From Eukaryota sp. GEM-RC1 (Eukaryota), in the NCBI GenBank assembly GCA_040285855.1, contig JAUFOQ010000004.1, positions 124,001 to 188,000 on the forward strand: DNA of 64,000 nucleotides, in the 5' to 3' direction. Below are positions 46,241 to 57,854 of this stretch, one piece after another (position 1 is the first letter of the stretch; every line of letters starts with the position of its first letter). Under the pieces are notes generated by a model. That model saw only the letters and a program-made list of their open reading frames with translations. It searched no databases and was not told the DNA's origin. The position numbers and the translations under genes are program-made.

Positions 46241-49200
46241 TTACGAAGATCTAAAGTCAATATGTACAAGTTTCTTTTCACTTTCTTTAGATCCAGTACC
46301 TAAAACACCATTATTGTTGTGTCCAATAGAAATAACACTTTCATCAGACAAAACAAAGAGACTGAACCGCAGTCCAGCATGAATGAACTCAACATTGGAT
46401 ACATAACTATTCACAGATAATGGTTTAGAAATATTGATCTTTTTGAACCTCCTAGAGCTGTCTGAGAGTCTGAATTCCAACCGTAAGCCCAAATAGAACC
46501 ATCCTCCAGAATAACAAATGAATGATCTTCCCCAGCAAAACAAGTGGAAACATTTTCAAAGAATTCAAATTGAGCCGGAACCATTGATTGAGCTCCTTTA
46601 ATACCGTTTCCGAGAAGAGCTCGTTCTGACCCCCATGTCCACACGTGATCGTCATCAGTTAAGGCAAGTCCATGACGAGGAGAAGAAGAAATAAACTTAA
46701 CCTTGTTCATACAAATCCTTGTAGGATAATTATACGTCTTTAATCGTAGATTACCAGTTCCCAAGGTGCCCTCAACATTTTCTCCCCAAGACCAAATGAA
46801 ACCTCCAGAAGTAACTGCAAAAGAGTGATTAGCAGAAGCAGATAAGTGAACAATGTTATCTAGGAAAGGTACCTGAATAGGTTCCAATCTATTTTGATTG
46901 GTTCCATCACTAAAGTTAGAAATTTAAATATTTTAAAAACGTACCCTAATTGACCCATTTCATTGTGACCCATGCTCCAAACAGTTCCATCAGTTTTCAA
47001 GAACAACACGTGTCTACTGCCTCCCGCAATCCACTTCACGTCATCAATGCAATCAAGAAGTGTTGTTTTGAAAACTTCTTCAGTAAAAAAGACTTTACCC
47101 GCACCAAAGACTTTACCTTTACTAGTCAAGATAAACACAGACATGTCAGTAGCAAACACAGCAACAGGCTTCAGATTCCCTTCAAATCCAGGCATTTCTT
47201 GAGGTGAAAAACACCTCCCAGCAACTCCTGATCCAAACTGACCGTGAGCAAAGCAGCCCCAACCCCAGATAGTAAAATCCCTCTTAAGATAAATGGCAAA
47301 CTCATTGTTAGAGACATCAAGAGGTTGTCTGTACATGAAAGGGCTTGTTGGGAACTTCATTTTAGAATTGGGAGCGCACAGGTAGTAAGCGTGAGGATTG
47401 GGACGGGAAACGTTTCCACCATTGAACTTGAATCCGATTCTAAAGGGCTCAAAATGAGAACTTCCAAAACAATCACCTAATTGACCGTATTGATTGATTC
47501 CAGAGCATAGGATAGTTCCATTATTCTGAACAAACAACGTGAACTTGTAGCCGGTGATGACGTGACAGATGTTGCCGTGAGCTAGAGTGATTGGCTTGGA
47601 TGCAGGGCTATTGCTAGAATCACCTAGTTGACCCCAATCATTTTGACCAAAGCAATAGACTTTTTCTGAAGTAATACAAATACAGTGATCAGCAGCAAGA
47701 GAAATATTTAAAATATTTGGAATATTTGAGTACAACACTGGAGTCGTATACCACTGAGAACTAAGGTTTAGTCCAATGTTCTCTCCCCAGAAATAAAGTC
47801 TCCCAGCCACGTCTACAGCTACAGAGCAATTAGCCCCAGCAGCAATCAAGATCACGTCATAAAGGCCATAAACTCGATCAGGTGACGTCACTCCAAAGTT
47901 AAAAGCATCTTTCCTTCCATTTCCCAGCTGTCCTGCTTCGTTTGCTCCCCAACTATACACCAGTCCTTCACTACTCAAAGCCAACGCATGACCCCTACCT
48001 GCCGCTACTTGAACAATATCTTTTAACCCAGACACTTCGACAGGGGACTTGTGATTCTCAGTAGTCCCCAATCCTAAAGATCCCATCTTTCCCCTTCCCC
48101 ACGTGAGTACGGTACCATCATCACATAGAGCGATCCTAAAGTCATCTCCAACAGCAATGTCTTTCACTGGAGGAATAGGTTTAGTTTGAATGGGAACCTC
48201 GCGGTCTCTTCCATTGTACTTCCCCCAGGCAAACACCACGCCGTCTCTTCTCCTAGCTAGAGCGGTAGAGTAACCGGCATAGACAGCTGTAATGTCGTTG
48301 ATATCAGGGATTTGGGTAGGGATCAAAAGTTTGTCGACGTCTTTGATTCCTAATTGTGATTGTGAGTTGTTACCAAAAGTCCAGACTGTACCATCTTGTT
48401 TAAGACATGTGCAAAAGTCCTCACCAGAAGAAAGCAATGGTTTAAAAGCAGATTGATCAGGGAAAACTAGAGTTTCTGAAAGAGTTGGGACTGGTAATTG
48501 ATCTACTTCCTCCTCTTCTTCCTCATCTTGTTCTTCTTCAAACACACTATCAGGAAACTTAACAACTACAAGTGAATGTCCATCCTTTAAAAACCCTCCC
48601 CTAATTGACCACAAGAGTTAGAGCCAAAAGAAACAACTTCCCCATTATTCAATAAAACAATATTAAAGAAACTTCCAGCAATTGATGACGTGACAGGGTC
48701 AGAAATAAACACGGGTGATGGAGGAATGAATCGATCTTCTGGCAGCTCAAATGAAACACAAGCTTTGGTGTTCCATCCCCAGCAATAAAGAATTCCATCA
48801 CTAGTAACAGCAGAGAAGTGAGAGGAGGAGCAAGAGATTGCAGAAATGTTTGAGAGTTCTGTAATCATGACAGGTTCGTTCCTGACAACTCTGTCTTTGT
48901 TGACGTAATCGTAAACGTCACCCCATTGGTAAACAGTTCCATCAGATTTGAGAGCCATCACGTTGTAGCGAGAGGCAGATATTTGAACGACGTCTGTGAT
49001 TGATGTGATCTTGACTGGAACTGTTTTAGGAAGGTTCTGACTGTCACCATGACGTGATGCGAAATCAGCATTCGTCCCCCACGCGTATAGAGCTCCTGAT
49101 TCACCAACAGCAAACGTATCACTATCAGAAGGGCAAATATCAATGATTTTCTCAGAAAACTGAATATGCACGGGTAGCTTTTGAATTCCTTCAATACCAT

Positions 49201-50612
49201 TACCTAGATAAACAACATCTTCAGTTTCATCATCAGTCCAGCCCCAAACGTGACCTTCCTCATTCAGAACATAATAGAGATCTTTACCTGCGAATATTTT
49301 AGAAACATTTGAAATTTTCTTTAACAAAGTGGGTACTGGTATTAAATCGTCATTAGCACCATTAACAATTCTAACAAACACTTTTTTTAGAACAAAGCTT
49401 GTGGATGCCTCTGCCCCACCCATAGACTTTTCCACTTCTACTTACTGCGAAAGCACACTTTTTAGCAGAGCAAACATAGACAATGTCTTTGAGATTAGGT
49501 ATTTGCCTGGGATCAAAACGATCCCCATCATCACAATCAACGACTAAAAGATCGTTCTTGTTACTTCCCCAGGTCCAAACACTTCCATCATACCTTAGAG
49601 CTAGGCAGAAGTCGTCCACAGTAGAAACTTGTTTGAAGTAGTGACGAGGTACGGTGGGAAATAAAACATCCTGAGCATCAGAGTCTAACATTTCCTGTAC
49701 ATTGTCAACTTCTGGAGACTTCTCTTCAACAGTTTCGATGGGGATGAAATCATCATCAGAATCAAGAACATCCATCAAATCCTGAGCAAATGATCGTTCC
49801 CTGCCCTCAACACAGGAATCAGAATCGTCATCATCCTCAGAAGAAGAGGACTCTAAGAGGAGGGAGAGATCTATGCTGGAAGTGGACTGCCTGAGGATAT
49901 CAGAAGAGTCATGCTCACCTAGGGGAATTTCAGTAGGAGCAGGAGAATCTTCAAGAGAATCCCCAGGTGAAGTGACAGTAGATGTTTGAGGAGGGGATTG
50001 GGGTGGTTGGTCAGAGGAAGAGACGTTGTCAAGAGCAGAAGCTACGTTGTCAAGCATAGCGGAGTAGGAAGAGAAGGACTGGTAGATACCATCGAGGGCA
50101 TCCATGTAATGGGATAGAATAGTATAGAGTTGAGCGAGGTCAGTTGATCGGGGGGTCGACAAAGAGGACACTGGAACATGAGGATGAGAGAGTTTGACTG
50201 CGGAAAGGCTACCATCAGTGAAACAGAGGAATATATTATCAGTTAAAACACGACCGTGAGTGATTCCCTTAGAGTGAAGATATGAAAGAGCATGTAGTAG
50301 AGATCTAATAAGGATGAAGGTTTCCCGTTGGTTGAACAAATGTGGATATGTTGCTAGAGAGGTTGATTCAACTGCTAGCACTAAACCAGGGGGTTCTTCT
50401 GTAAATCCGAGAACGTCAACGAAGTACTGGGAGATCTCGGGATCAGAAATGGTATTGACGATTTGGCGAATAGTAGAAAGTGTCTTAGCAGAAGGAGAAC
50501 CAAACTTCTTCCATATGATAGCGGATGAGTTATAGATGCCTTGGTAAAGATCGAAATGTGGACATTTGTCGATGAGGGTTAGGTCGGAGACATTGGAAAT
50601 GTCAAACGTCAT
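46241..50612 (-). CDS. Pseudokinase plus multiple RCC1-repeat protein (35-nt intron 46910-46944; frameshifts)
   Basis: N-terminal kinase-like fold (ALSYLHSKGITHGRV..DNI, no HRD or DFG), then many DG.VWTWG.N..GQLG RCC1 repeats. Splicing restores GQLGDGTNQNRLEP. Confidence 0.85.
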
Positions 50613-50949
50613 TGTAGTAAAGTTTCAATGACAATTTGTGCCACCCGGGTGGTTTTCAAACACTGATTTGTGGTATCGTGACCATTTGTCAATAACTGAC
50701 GAATGATCACGATTAGACCTCACAAATGACGAATTCGCTACTGACGATCGTCAACGATTCGTCAGCGTCAATGCTCATATTGCATTTTGTCGTCGTCGTC
50801 GAGTCGACGAATTATTTTTTACTTTAGTCGATCTTCCGTGACGAAATTTGATTCCAGTAAAATAGTGTGTCCGTTGTGAATATTATGTCTGTCCATTGTA
50901 CTAGTATAACAACACGGATATGCCTAAGCACATAAATAGTACTAAATAC

Positions 50950-52060
50950 CAAAACATAACATCTTTTGTTTCCAGGACATTCAACTACAATATGAATTTC
51001 ACAACTGTTGATCCTTGTAATTCCAGATATAGCCATTAGAATGGAATCACTGCGAATAAATAACCTAGGACAATTAACCAAATGATGAAAAGAAGAGATC
51101 TTCGCCGATTTCCAAATACACTTGCTATATTGCAGTAAACCAAAAGGCACAATCCTGGACGTAACCCTACATTTTCTTGCCATTCATGGTCTTCTAGATT
51201 AAAGATGTATCTACCTGGAAGTTGGGTAATACATGTAAGAGAAAAACATTCATTGTAAAATAATTGAAGTACTGGAGTCAAAACACTTAAATTTGAAATC
51301 ATTAGAACAAAATCCATCACGATCAAGTCACACAACAGCTCTGTTCTTATAAATCAGGGGTCCAGAAAAATATATAAATAATAATAAATAAAAAATTAAT
51401 TAATTAATTTTTCCATCTGAATTGTTAGCTAATACTATGTGTTGTTGTGAAAAGAGACAAAAGCTGACTTCAGACACATTGTTAGTTGCAAAAAATTTCT
51501 TCAGTTTAGATCGATTTTACACAATGCTGTTCGTGACGTTACGTATGAAATGTTTAAATGTCATGGGTTTAATGGGAAAATCAAACCTCTTCTTAAGCAT
51601 TATAGTGATGATAATATTACCAATTCTCGACGACGTGATCTCATTGTTCCATAGGTTGATTCTTGTCAAGCTGTGATAGATTTTACTACTGTTGATCCGC
51701 TAAAGTATATTTGAATTCAGTTGCGAGTGATACTGAAATTCATTTATGCAAAGCTGAAAAAAAAATTAGTACATATTCTGACACAATGATCAAACTGAAT
51801 TCCAATTTGTATTCTTCTTTTAAGTTCATTTCTTTTGCTATTTCAATTCTTGGTAATATTGGATTTGCTGCTGAAAAATTCTTTGATGCCTTTTCAAAGT
51901 TGTGCCGTGATCATAGGAAAAATTTTAATCAGTCTCTTTGGCGCAATAGCATTGTTTTTTCCTTATATAGAAGTTTCCCAAAGTATTTGAATCGTATTCT
52001 GGACAAATTGTATCGTGGTAGTTCAAGAGTAGATGTGGATCATTTAATATGTTTTAACTA
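50950..52060. mobile_element. Cluster of decayed CRE-like LINE fragments in both orientations
   Basis: FTTVDPC near 51000 (+); HEWQENVGLR..HHLVNCP at 51030-51340 (-); DFTTVDP..AEKK..FAISILGNIG..WRNSIVFSL at 51420-52050 (+). Confidence 0.75.
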
Positions 52061-52264
52061 CTGGTTGTTTGTATTTCGTTAATGTATAACATAAAAAAAA
52101 AGTATAATATATAAATAATAATAAATAAATAATCTACTTTAACTAGCGTCTTCTAGTTTTGGTTAGTGTTCATTGTACGTGGTAGCTTGGTGTCTTCACA
52201 TGAAATCGTGTTCTTAAAAATACTCTCTTTCTGTGTTTATAAATTAACGAAATACAAACAACTA

Positions 52265-52458
52265 CACTGGTCACAATATTTAGTCTCAGTGGAAAATTAG
52301 TCTCACTGAGACTAATTTATGTATTGCGTCCTTTTCGACATTTTAGAGGCAAATGTCGCCAGATGATAATTAGTCTCAAGTGAGACTAATTTATGAATAG
52401 ATCATTTTGAAACTAGGTTATGAATTAGTCTCACTGAGACTAATTGTTGTGACTACTC
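52265..52458. mobile_element. Small MITE with palindromic internal repeats
   Basis: Left end TA-CACTGGTCACAATATTTAGTCTCAGTG; imperfect right inverse CACTGAGACTAATTGTTGTGACTACTC; three AATTAGTCTCA-(1-2 nt)-TGAGACTAATT palindromes. Confidence 0.65.
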
Positions 52459-52482
52459 AAAAGATATTTATTAGACAGAGAG

Positions 52483-53240
52483 ACTTTATTCGGTATCCAA
52501 TAAGGTAACCTTCCTACAAAACTAAGAAGTCGCAGAGCTTGAAGGAATATCATTGAAAAGAGCACAAACAGTGGGACTCTTAGTGTTAGTCAAGCCAATA
52601 CGGTTTTTAACGTCCAAGCTTTGTGAAACAAAACAAACTTCTTCTATAACTTGAGAACAGACCAAGGCAATGAGAAAATGCTCCTCTGCTGTTACCCCAA
52701 CTGGAAATAAATCTGAACACAAATTGGAGTCAAGATTATAAATTAAATCTGAAGACTAGATAACCATGCACAAGGTGAGTGAAGTAAAAAACCATTCGGC
52801 TTGCATAACAAAGGATACGATTCTGAAATTCAAACAAAAAATTCTTTAAAGACCCCAAAAGGCACCATCACGGGTTTACTTAGCTTTCGTGAAACCAATA
52901 CCACCAAAAAAAAAGTCGAAGTAAAACAGTGAGAAGGAAGTGAAGAGTCTTTGTTACCAACCAGACAATTAACAAAATTTGTGCGCAATGAATTAAAATT
53001 ACGAGATAATTCGAGAGTTAGTTCGGGAGGTAGACCATGTAAAAAGTGATTAATTTTACCACCAAAACAAACTTGCCACATGGCAAAAAAACAACTGTTT
53101 GCCCACATCCAGATAAACAATTCGGTTAAGGTTCTGGAAGACACATCTATTCTTATGTGATAAAGTCTCCATAATTTTGTCATCATCACCAATATAATTG
53201 CCCTATAACTTGATACGTCCATCTGCATAATTGACAAAAG
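52483..53240 (-). mobile_element. Internally deleted CRE-like LINE (RT thumb region joined to the family 3' end)
   Basis: G.YIG, KINHFLHGLPP and GGIG thumb-like motifs; reverse complement of the family 3' motif at 52483-52521. Confidence 0.75.
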
Positions 53241-53446
53241 AAATAGAAGACTAATTCTCAGATATGTGAATTAGAACAATAAAGTAACACCGTTCGTCCA
53301 CTTTTTATGACGTAAACATACATACTGAGACTGCTACTGGTCACAAATGTATTAAAGAGCAAAATTAGTACATCACCAGTTTCTAATAAAAAGTTTTACG
53401 TAAGTTGTCTTTCTTAAAAGTTGATCTCTCTTCAAGTCTGTACAAT

Positions 53447-54222
53447 ATGAAACTTCATAATGACTTCTTCTCACAGTTTGGACAGTGTCTAACTGCTCAA
53501 CAACAACTTTGCATCAAAAACTCTGCTCCTTCACTAAAACTGGACTACCATCTTTCACATCTGTCCTTTTGGGGAAGAATTAGTGGCCTGAAACAAGACT
53601 ATCTCGTTTGCCAAGGACATAAGGATCTTTTTTCCCCAGTTTTCTTCTTCAGTGTTGATGGAATTCAATGGGCTGAGTTACCTGCCTTCTCTCAAGAAGT
53701 GTTGAACAACGTTAGACTTCTTCGCCAACCTTTCACTGGAGATCCTACTTTCGTCTACAAGGATGATGGGGAGGATGAATCCTGTATCTCTTTCTCCGAA
53801 GCTTTACGACTCTCCGCTGTTGTTCATGATATTGCTCATGACACTACAGTAGTTCCGCGCGGATCATACAAAAGTCCATCAACAACTCTGTTGTTCGTAA
53901 CAAATTGTTCGAGGGAGTCCCATCACATTTAGCTTCTAAAATCTCTTCTTACCTACATTTTCGACCTCAGACTGCCCAAACTCCAGAAGAAATTGCTGAA
54001 AAAGGACTGGATCTAGTCTTTGATTGCCTTCCTCCAATCACAAATGACGTTCCCAAGGGATGTTGGACTCTTAACTATTCTGAAGTAGAAGGAGAAGTGG
54101 TTTTACGTTCCTTATTGTGGCTGGGTTATGTTTTTGGGCATTCTCTAGAAGATGGTGATTATTATGATGGATACTTTGGTAATGGAGTTCGAAATAATGA
54201 TATTTTGTTTATGTTAAGATGA
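53447..54222 (+). CDS. RSPH9: Radial spoke head protein 9 (one frameshift near 53880)
   Basis: FWGRISGLKQDYLVCQG, FTGDP, EALRLSAVV..I...T.VVPRG, DVPKGCW, LRSLLWLGY, YFGNGVRNNDILFML. Confidence 0.92.
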
Positions 54223-54521
54223 GTGTAATATATAAAAAATTATATAAGTTTTATAACTCTTTTGGACGTGATATCGAAAACGAAATGATGGGATTGATCA
54301 ATGATGGGGCTTCAGATTAAAACATCAATGTCAAACTACTGGCATCGAATGAAAGCCAACTTGGAATATATATGGATGTGAGTACATAACACAAACATGG
54401 TAATACAGTCTTGAATTTAAAAGAACCACGTCGATTATGTATCTAACAAAATGGGCATCAATTCTTGAGAATCGATTCCTGATTGAAATCTACAAAACAG
54501 AGAACACATTTTTCTTCTCCA

Positions 54522-55254
54522 ATGTATCCTCAAATGCAAAACGGTCCCTGTGTTATTCGATCCCGCCTCCAAGGAAATTGGGTTATCGGTGTAGATAGAG
54601 CTGCTCGTGGTGGTAAGATTGTTGTTCAGCAAATGCGTATGGGCGATCCTTCGCAACAATGGATTGTCTCCCCTGATGGTACCATCAGAAATGCCGCCTC
54701 AAATCACGTCATTGACGTAGAACGTGGTAACATTCACTCCCCTGGAGCAGGACTCTGTTTATGGGACGCTAAAGGCCATGGATCAAATTCTAACCAAGTG
54801 TTTCAGATCAACCCTAATGGCATGATTTGCATCCGAGCCAATCCTAATATGGTCATCGATGGTATGTTATATTTGTGATCTCATCAAAGTTCCTCAAGCT
54901 CGTGCCCACGATAACAAGCCCCTTGCTACATGGACCGCTAAACATCCTCCTTCTCAAAATCAAACCTGGGAAATGCAGCCAGCTCAAGGTGGTATGCCCG
55001 GTCAACAACAATGGCAACAACCTCAACAGCCTATGCATCCAGGTGGTATGCCCGGTCAACAACAATGGCAACAACCTGGTATGCCTCCTCAGCAACCTGG
55101 AATGCACCCAGGTGGTATGCCCGGTCAACAACAATGGCAACAACCTGGTATGCCTCCTCAGCAACCTGGAATGCACCCAGGTGGTATGCCCGGTCAACAA
55201 CAATGGCAACAACCTGGTATGCCTCCTCAGCAACATTGGCAACAACCCTACTAA
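54522..55254 (+). CDS. Ricin-B-type lectin with a Gln/Pro/Gly/Met low-complexity tail (28-nt intron 54862-54889)
   Basis: QxW-type repeats (SQQW, NQVF, NQTW), VIDV motifs; splicing gives MVIDVPQARAH. Confidence 0.85.
54988..55250 (+). repeat. Coding tandem repeat, 69-bp unit (PGGMPGQQQWQQPGMPPQQPGMH)
   Basis: Near-identical units visible directly: about 3 copies plus a shorter first unit. Confidence 0.95.
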
Positions 55255-55346
55255 ATGTTTATATGTATAATTTTTTGTTACTATCCATAAATTTGTTGGT
55301 CTCTATGATTACTCAGGTAACTACGGATTCACGTAGTAAATATAGA

Positions 55347-56580
55347 CTATGACAAGTAACTGGGTCTAACTCCTGCTAGTAGACCCCGCTCCAAATGATG
55401 CTCTACAATAGCTTTGAAGTTGATTCATGCTAACTTACGATTCCACATTTTCTTCTTATCACCACATTCTTCTCTACACTTCTCAGACTGACATCACAAC
55501 AACGCATGTAACTTCACCATAGGCTTCTTTTCTTGTGTCTTGGGTCTTGGATTGTTAACTTCCATAAACACTTTAACTGGCCTCCAACAAGTAGGACACT
55601 TTGAAGACGTGTAACTCTCATCTACAAGAACAATATTGTAACCATTTCTCTTAAAGAAGTTTCTCCACCCCACACCTCTACTTGATCGGAGGTGTTTTAG
55701 GTTCTGCATCTTATTACCATTGTCACCAAACATCTATACACTGTCATTTTTATTCAATCCTTTTTCAGTCATATTTTTCAACAATTTACTTTCTGTTTTT
55801 TGAATATGGACATATCTTTGCATTTTTGAACGCGCCATATCATCAAACAGTAGTAATCAAATGTTGATTCAATAACTGTCAGTTTGGAACTCACATAGTC
55901 GTAGAAGGTTTCATAAACGGTCGACTTTGAGTTTTTTTTTGGATAGTGTTGACTCTTCTTGTTCAACAGTTTTTCCATTTTCTAGAAAGAATCTTTTCTT
56001 CTTCATTCTCCTGAACTTTTGATGGACTCTAGACAATCTCAACCATTCTGTCTCTGTTTATCTTAGCCACTCGTATTCTTTGTTTCTCATTTTACGGGCT
56101 AAATTTTGAGGCCTTCTTATTTTTTCTGAACAGAAGTAGAGTAAATCGTTTTTGCCAGGATCAATGTAAACTTTTGTTTTCCATGAAAACTCTTCAATAT
56201 GATAGTCTTGAACATATTCATCAGTACTGGAGAACTTTGCGCTATCTGGTTTAAATGACATTCCCACACAGTCCTCTCTGGCAAGTTCAACACAAGCAGA
56301 GAAACCATCAGTTTTAATAGAATTGTTAAACTTATTATAGCCTTTCTTTTGAAATGGACGATTAAAATGGAAAAAGTATGTCCAGAATTGATTTTGTTCA
56401 GTGGGAGCTGAGTCATGTGATCAATTTCAACTTTTGTGTTCCACTCAGATCTTCCTTGTTATTTTAACCTGATGATTGGTTAATGTGGAACGAAATATTC
56501 CCCAAAGACCTTGTCTATCCACTTCAAAGAAGCCTGGAATCACATATGCTATTACACTGTCTTTGGAAGCAATAGTGTAA
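55347..56580 (-). pseudogene. Decayed second Fanzor1 gene
   Basis: NSIKTDGFS, RuvC-I VYIDPGKNDLLY, NSKST, FGD, GVGWRNFFKRNGYNIVLVDESYTSSKCPTC, NPRP...LHALL*CQSEKC...WNRKLA*IN...RPSYLS*; in-frame stops and frameshifts. Confidence 0.88.
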
Positions 56581-56810
56581 TATATGTTGTAACATAAAGG
56601 ATAATTTGACTAGAATCAATAAAAGGACTGGTCTTATTGTGTTTTTGTGTTTTCAGAACAGTTGTAGTTTGTATTTTACAGCTTGAATTCAACTAGCAAA
56701 CTCAATAATTGCCGTACTAGTATGTTATCTAAGAAACATATATTAGTTTTGCAAAAACTTATAGCCGCTATTTAAATGTAGATATTGTTTTCGGTCCTGT
56801 TCTAGGTTCA

Positions 56811-56980
56811 AATCGTGTTTGCTATCTTTAAAGGTATGTTTACTTCTGTATCTAGCCCTGTATTATCTCTTGGCAGACATAATGAGGATAAGGTAGTTGA
56901 GAATTTCCAGATAGGTAATCTGGACTTTGAGGATATTGATTATCGGATGTATGTAGACTGTAGTGTTGTTGTTAATAAAA
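56811..56980 (+). repeat. Dispersed repeat, probable LINE 3' end
   Basis: Matches 38785-38940; encodes IVFAIFKG, like the C-termini of the other RLE LINE copies. Confidence 0.7.
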
Positions 56981-56981
56981 G

Positions 56982-57067
56982 TAAGAATGAAATTCCTTAA
57001 AGATGAACTTACATCCTGTTTTGTTAAACATAGGATTTAAGTTCATCTTGAAGGAATTTCATTCTTA
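56982..57067. repeat. 86-bp near-perfect inverted repeat (foldback)
   Basis: TAAGAATGAAATTCCTTAAAGATGAACTTA (56982-57011) vs its inverse at 57038-57067 with 1 mismatch in 30, plus a further inner stem. Confidence 0.9.
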
Positions 57068-57817
57068 ATGTTCTTCGAACGATTGACTCGTCGTTTTCTG
57101 ATTCTCACAATTGCTCTTGCTGTCTTCTATTGTGGTTATCTCCTTCCATTCAGATCACTATCATATTGTTCATCTGAGACTTGCACTAATATCCCTCTGC
57201 AAACACGTTTCATGGTGTGGTTACCTTCATTTCTATTTTTTACTCTATTCGCTGCTGTTTGCATTAAACTCCTTCTTGCGTCTGGTCACGTGCTAGTTCA
57301 TGCCAGAAAAACAAAAGTCTCTGCCATCGTCGTCATTGCTCTTTCTACCATAACTCTCGCCCAAACAACCTCTTTTCTCCTGGCCCATAAGTCTGTACTT
57401 CCACTATCAGTCTATATTGATCAAAGTAGTGATGATTTCTCTTTTACAACTTCATTCCTCGCCTCCTCTCTCAATATCTCTCTTCAAGGGATACCATTGT
57501 CCCGATTCGAATCAATCGGCTTCTCTCCTTCCTCTCTCACTGCACTTCTCTTCTCAAATTCAACTGATGTTTCATTAGAGACTTTTGTATACCCTCACCC
57601 ATATTTAGATTTAGTTGGGGAAACACGTGGTACTATTTCTGATGACGGGAGCTCTTCAATCATTTTTGATGTAGATGATGACGATTACACTTGTTTGATA
57701 GTATTTGACGATCAGTTGTTTGAATTAGGCAATGGTTTCGTTTTAGATGGTTCTGTTATTGATTATACTTTGTGGATTGATATGAGGTTGATTATACCAA
57801 TCAAAAAAGATTCATGA
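57068..57817 (+). CDS. Hypothetical membrane protein (3 N-terminal TM segments)
   Basis: 249-aa ORF with hydrophobic stretches; no family recognised. Confidence 0.55.
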   Translation: MFFERLTRRFLILTIALAVFYCGYLLPFRSLSYCSSETCTNIPLQTRFMVWLPSFLFFTLFAAVCIKLLLASGHVLVHARKTKVSAIVVIALSTITLAQTTSFLLAHKSVLPLSVYIDQSSDDFSFTTSFLASSLNISLQGIPLSRFESIGFSPSSLTALLFSNSTDVSLETFVYPHPYLDLVGETRGTISDDGSSSIIFDVDDDDYTCLIVFDDQLFELGNGFVLDGSVIDYTLWIDMRLIIPIKKDS

Positions 57818-57854
57818 TTTTGAAATCAGCTTTAATTTATTTAAAATATTTGTT

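Noticed and set aside
54853..55352. Alternative-frame and antisense ORFs with repeated peptides
   Set aside because: These are shadows of the 69-bp coding repeat.
38785..56980. The same ~150-bp repeat lying upstream of both Fanzor genes as a shared element end
   Set aside because: Its orientation relative to the two genes is opposite, and it resembles a LINE C-terminus with AATAAA, so it is probably an unrelated dispersed repeat.
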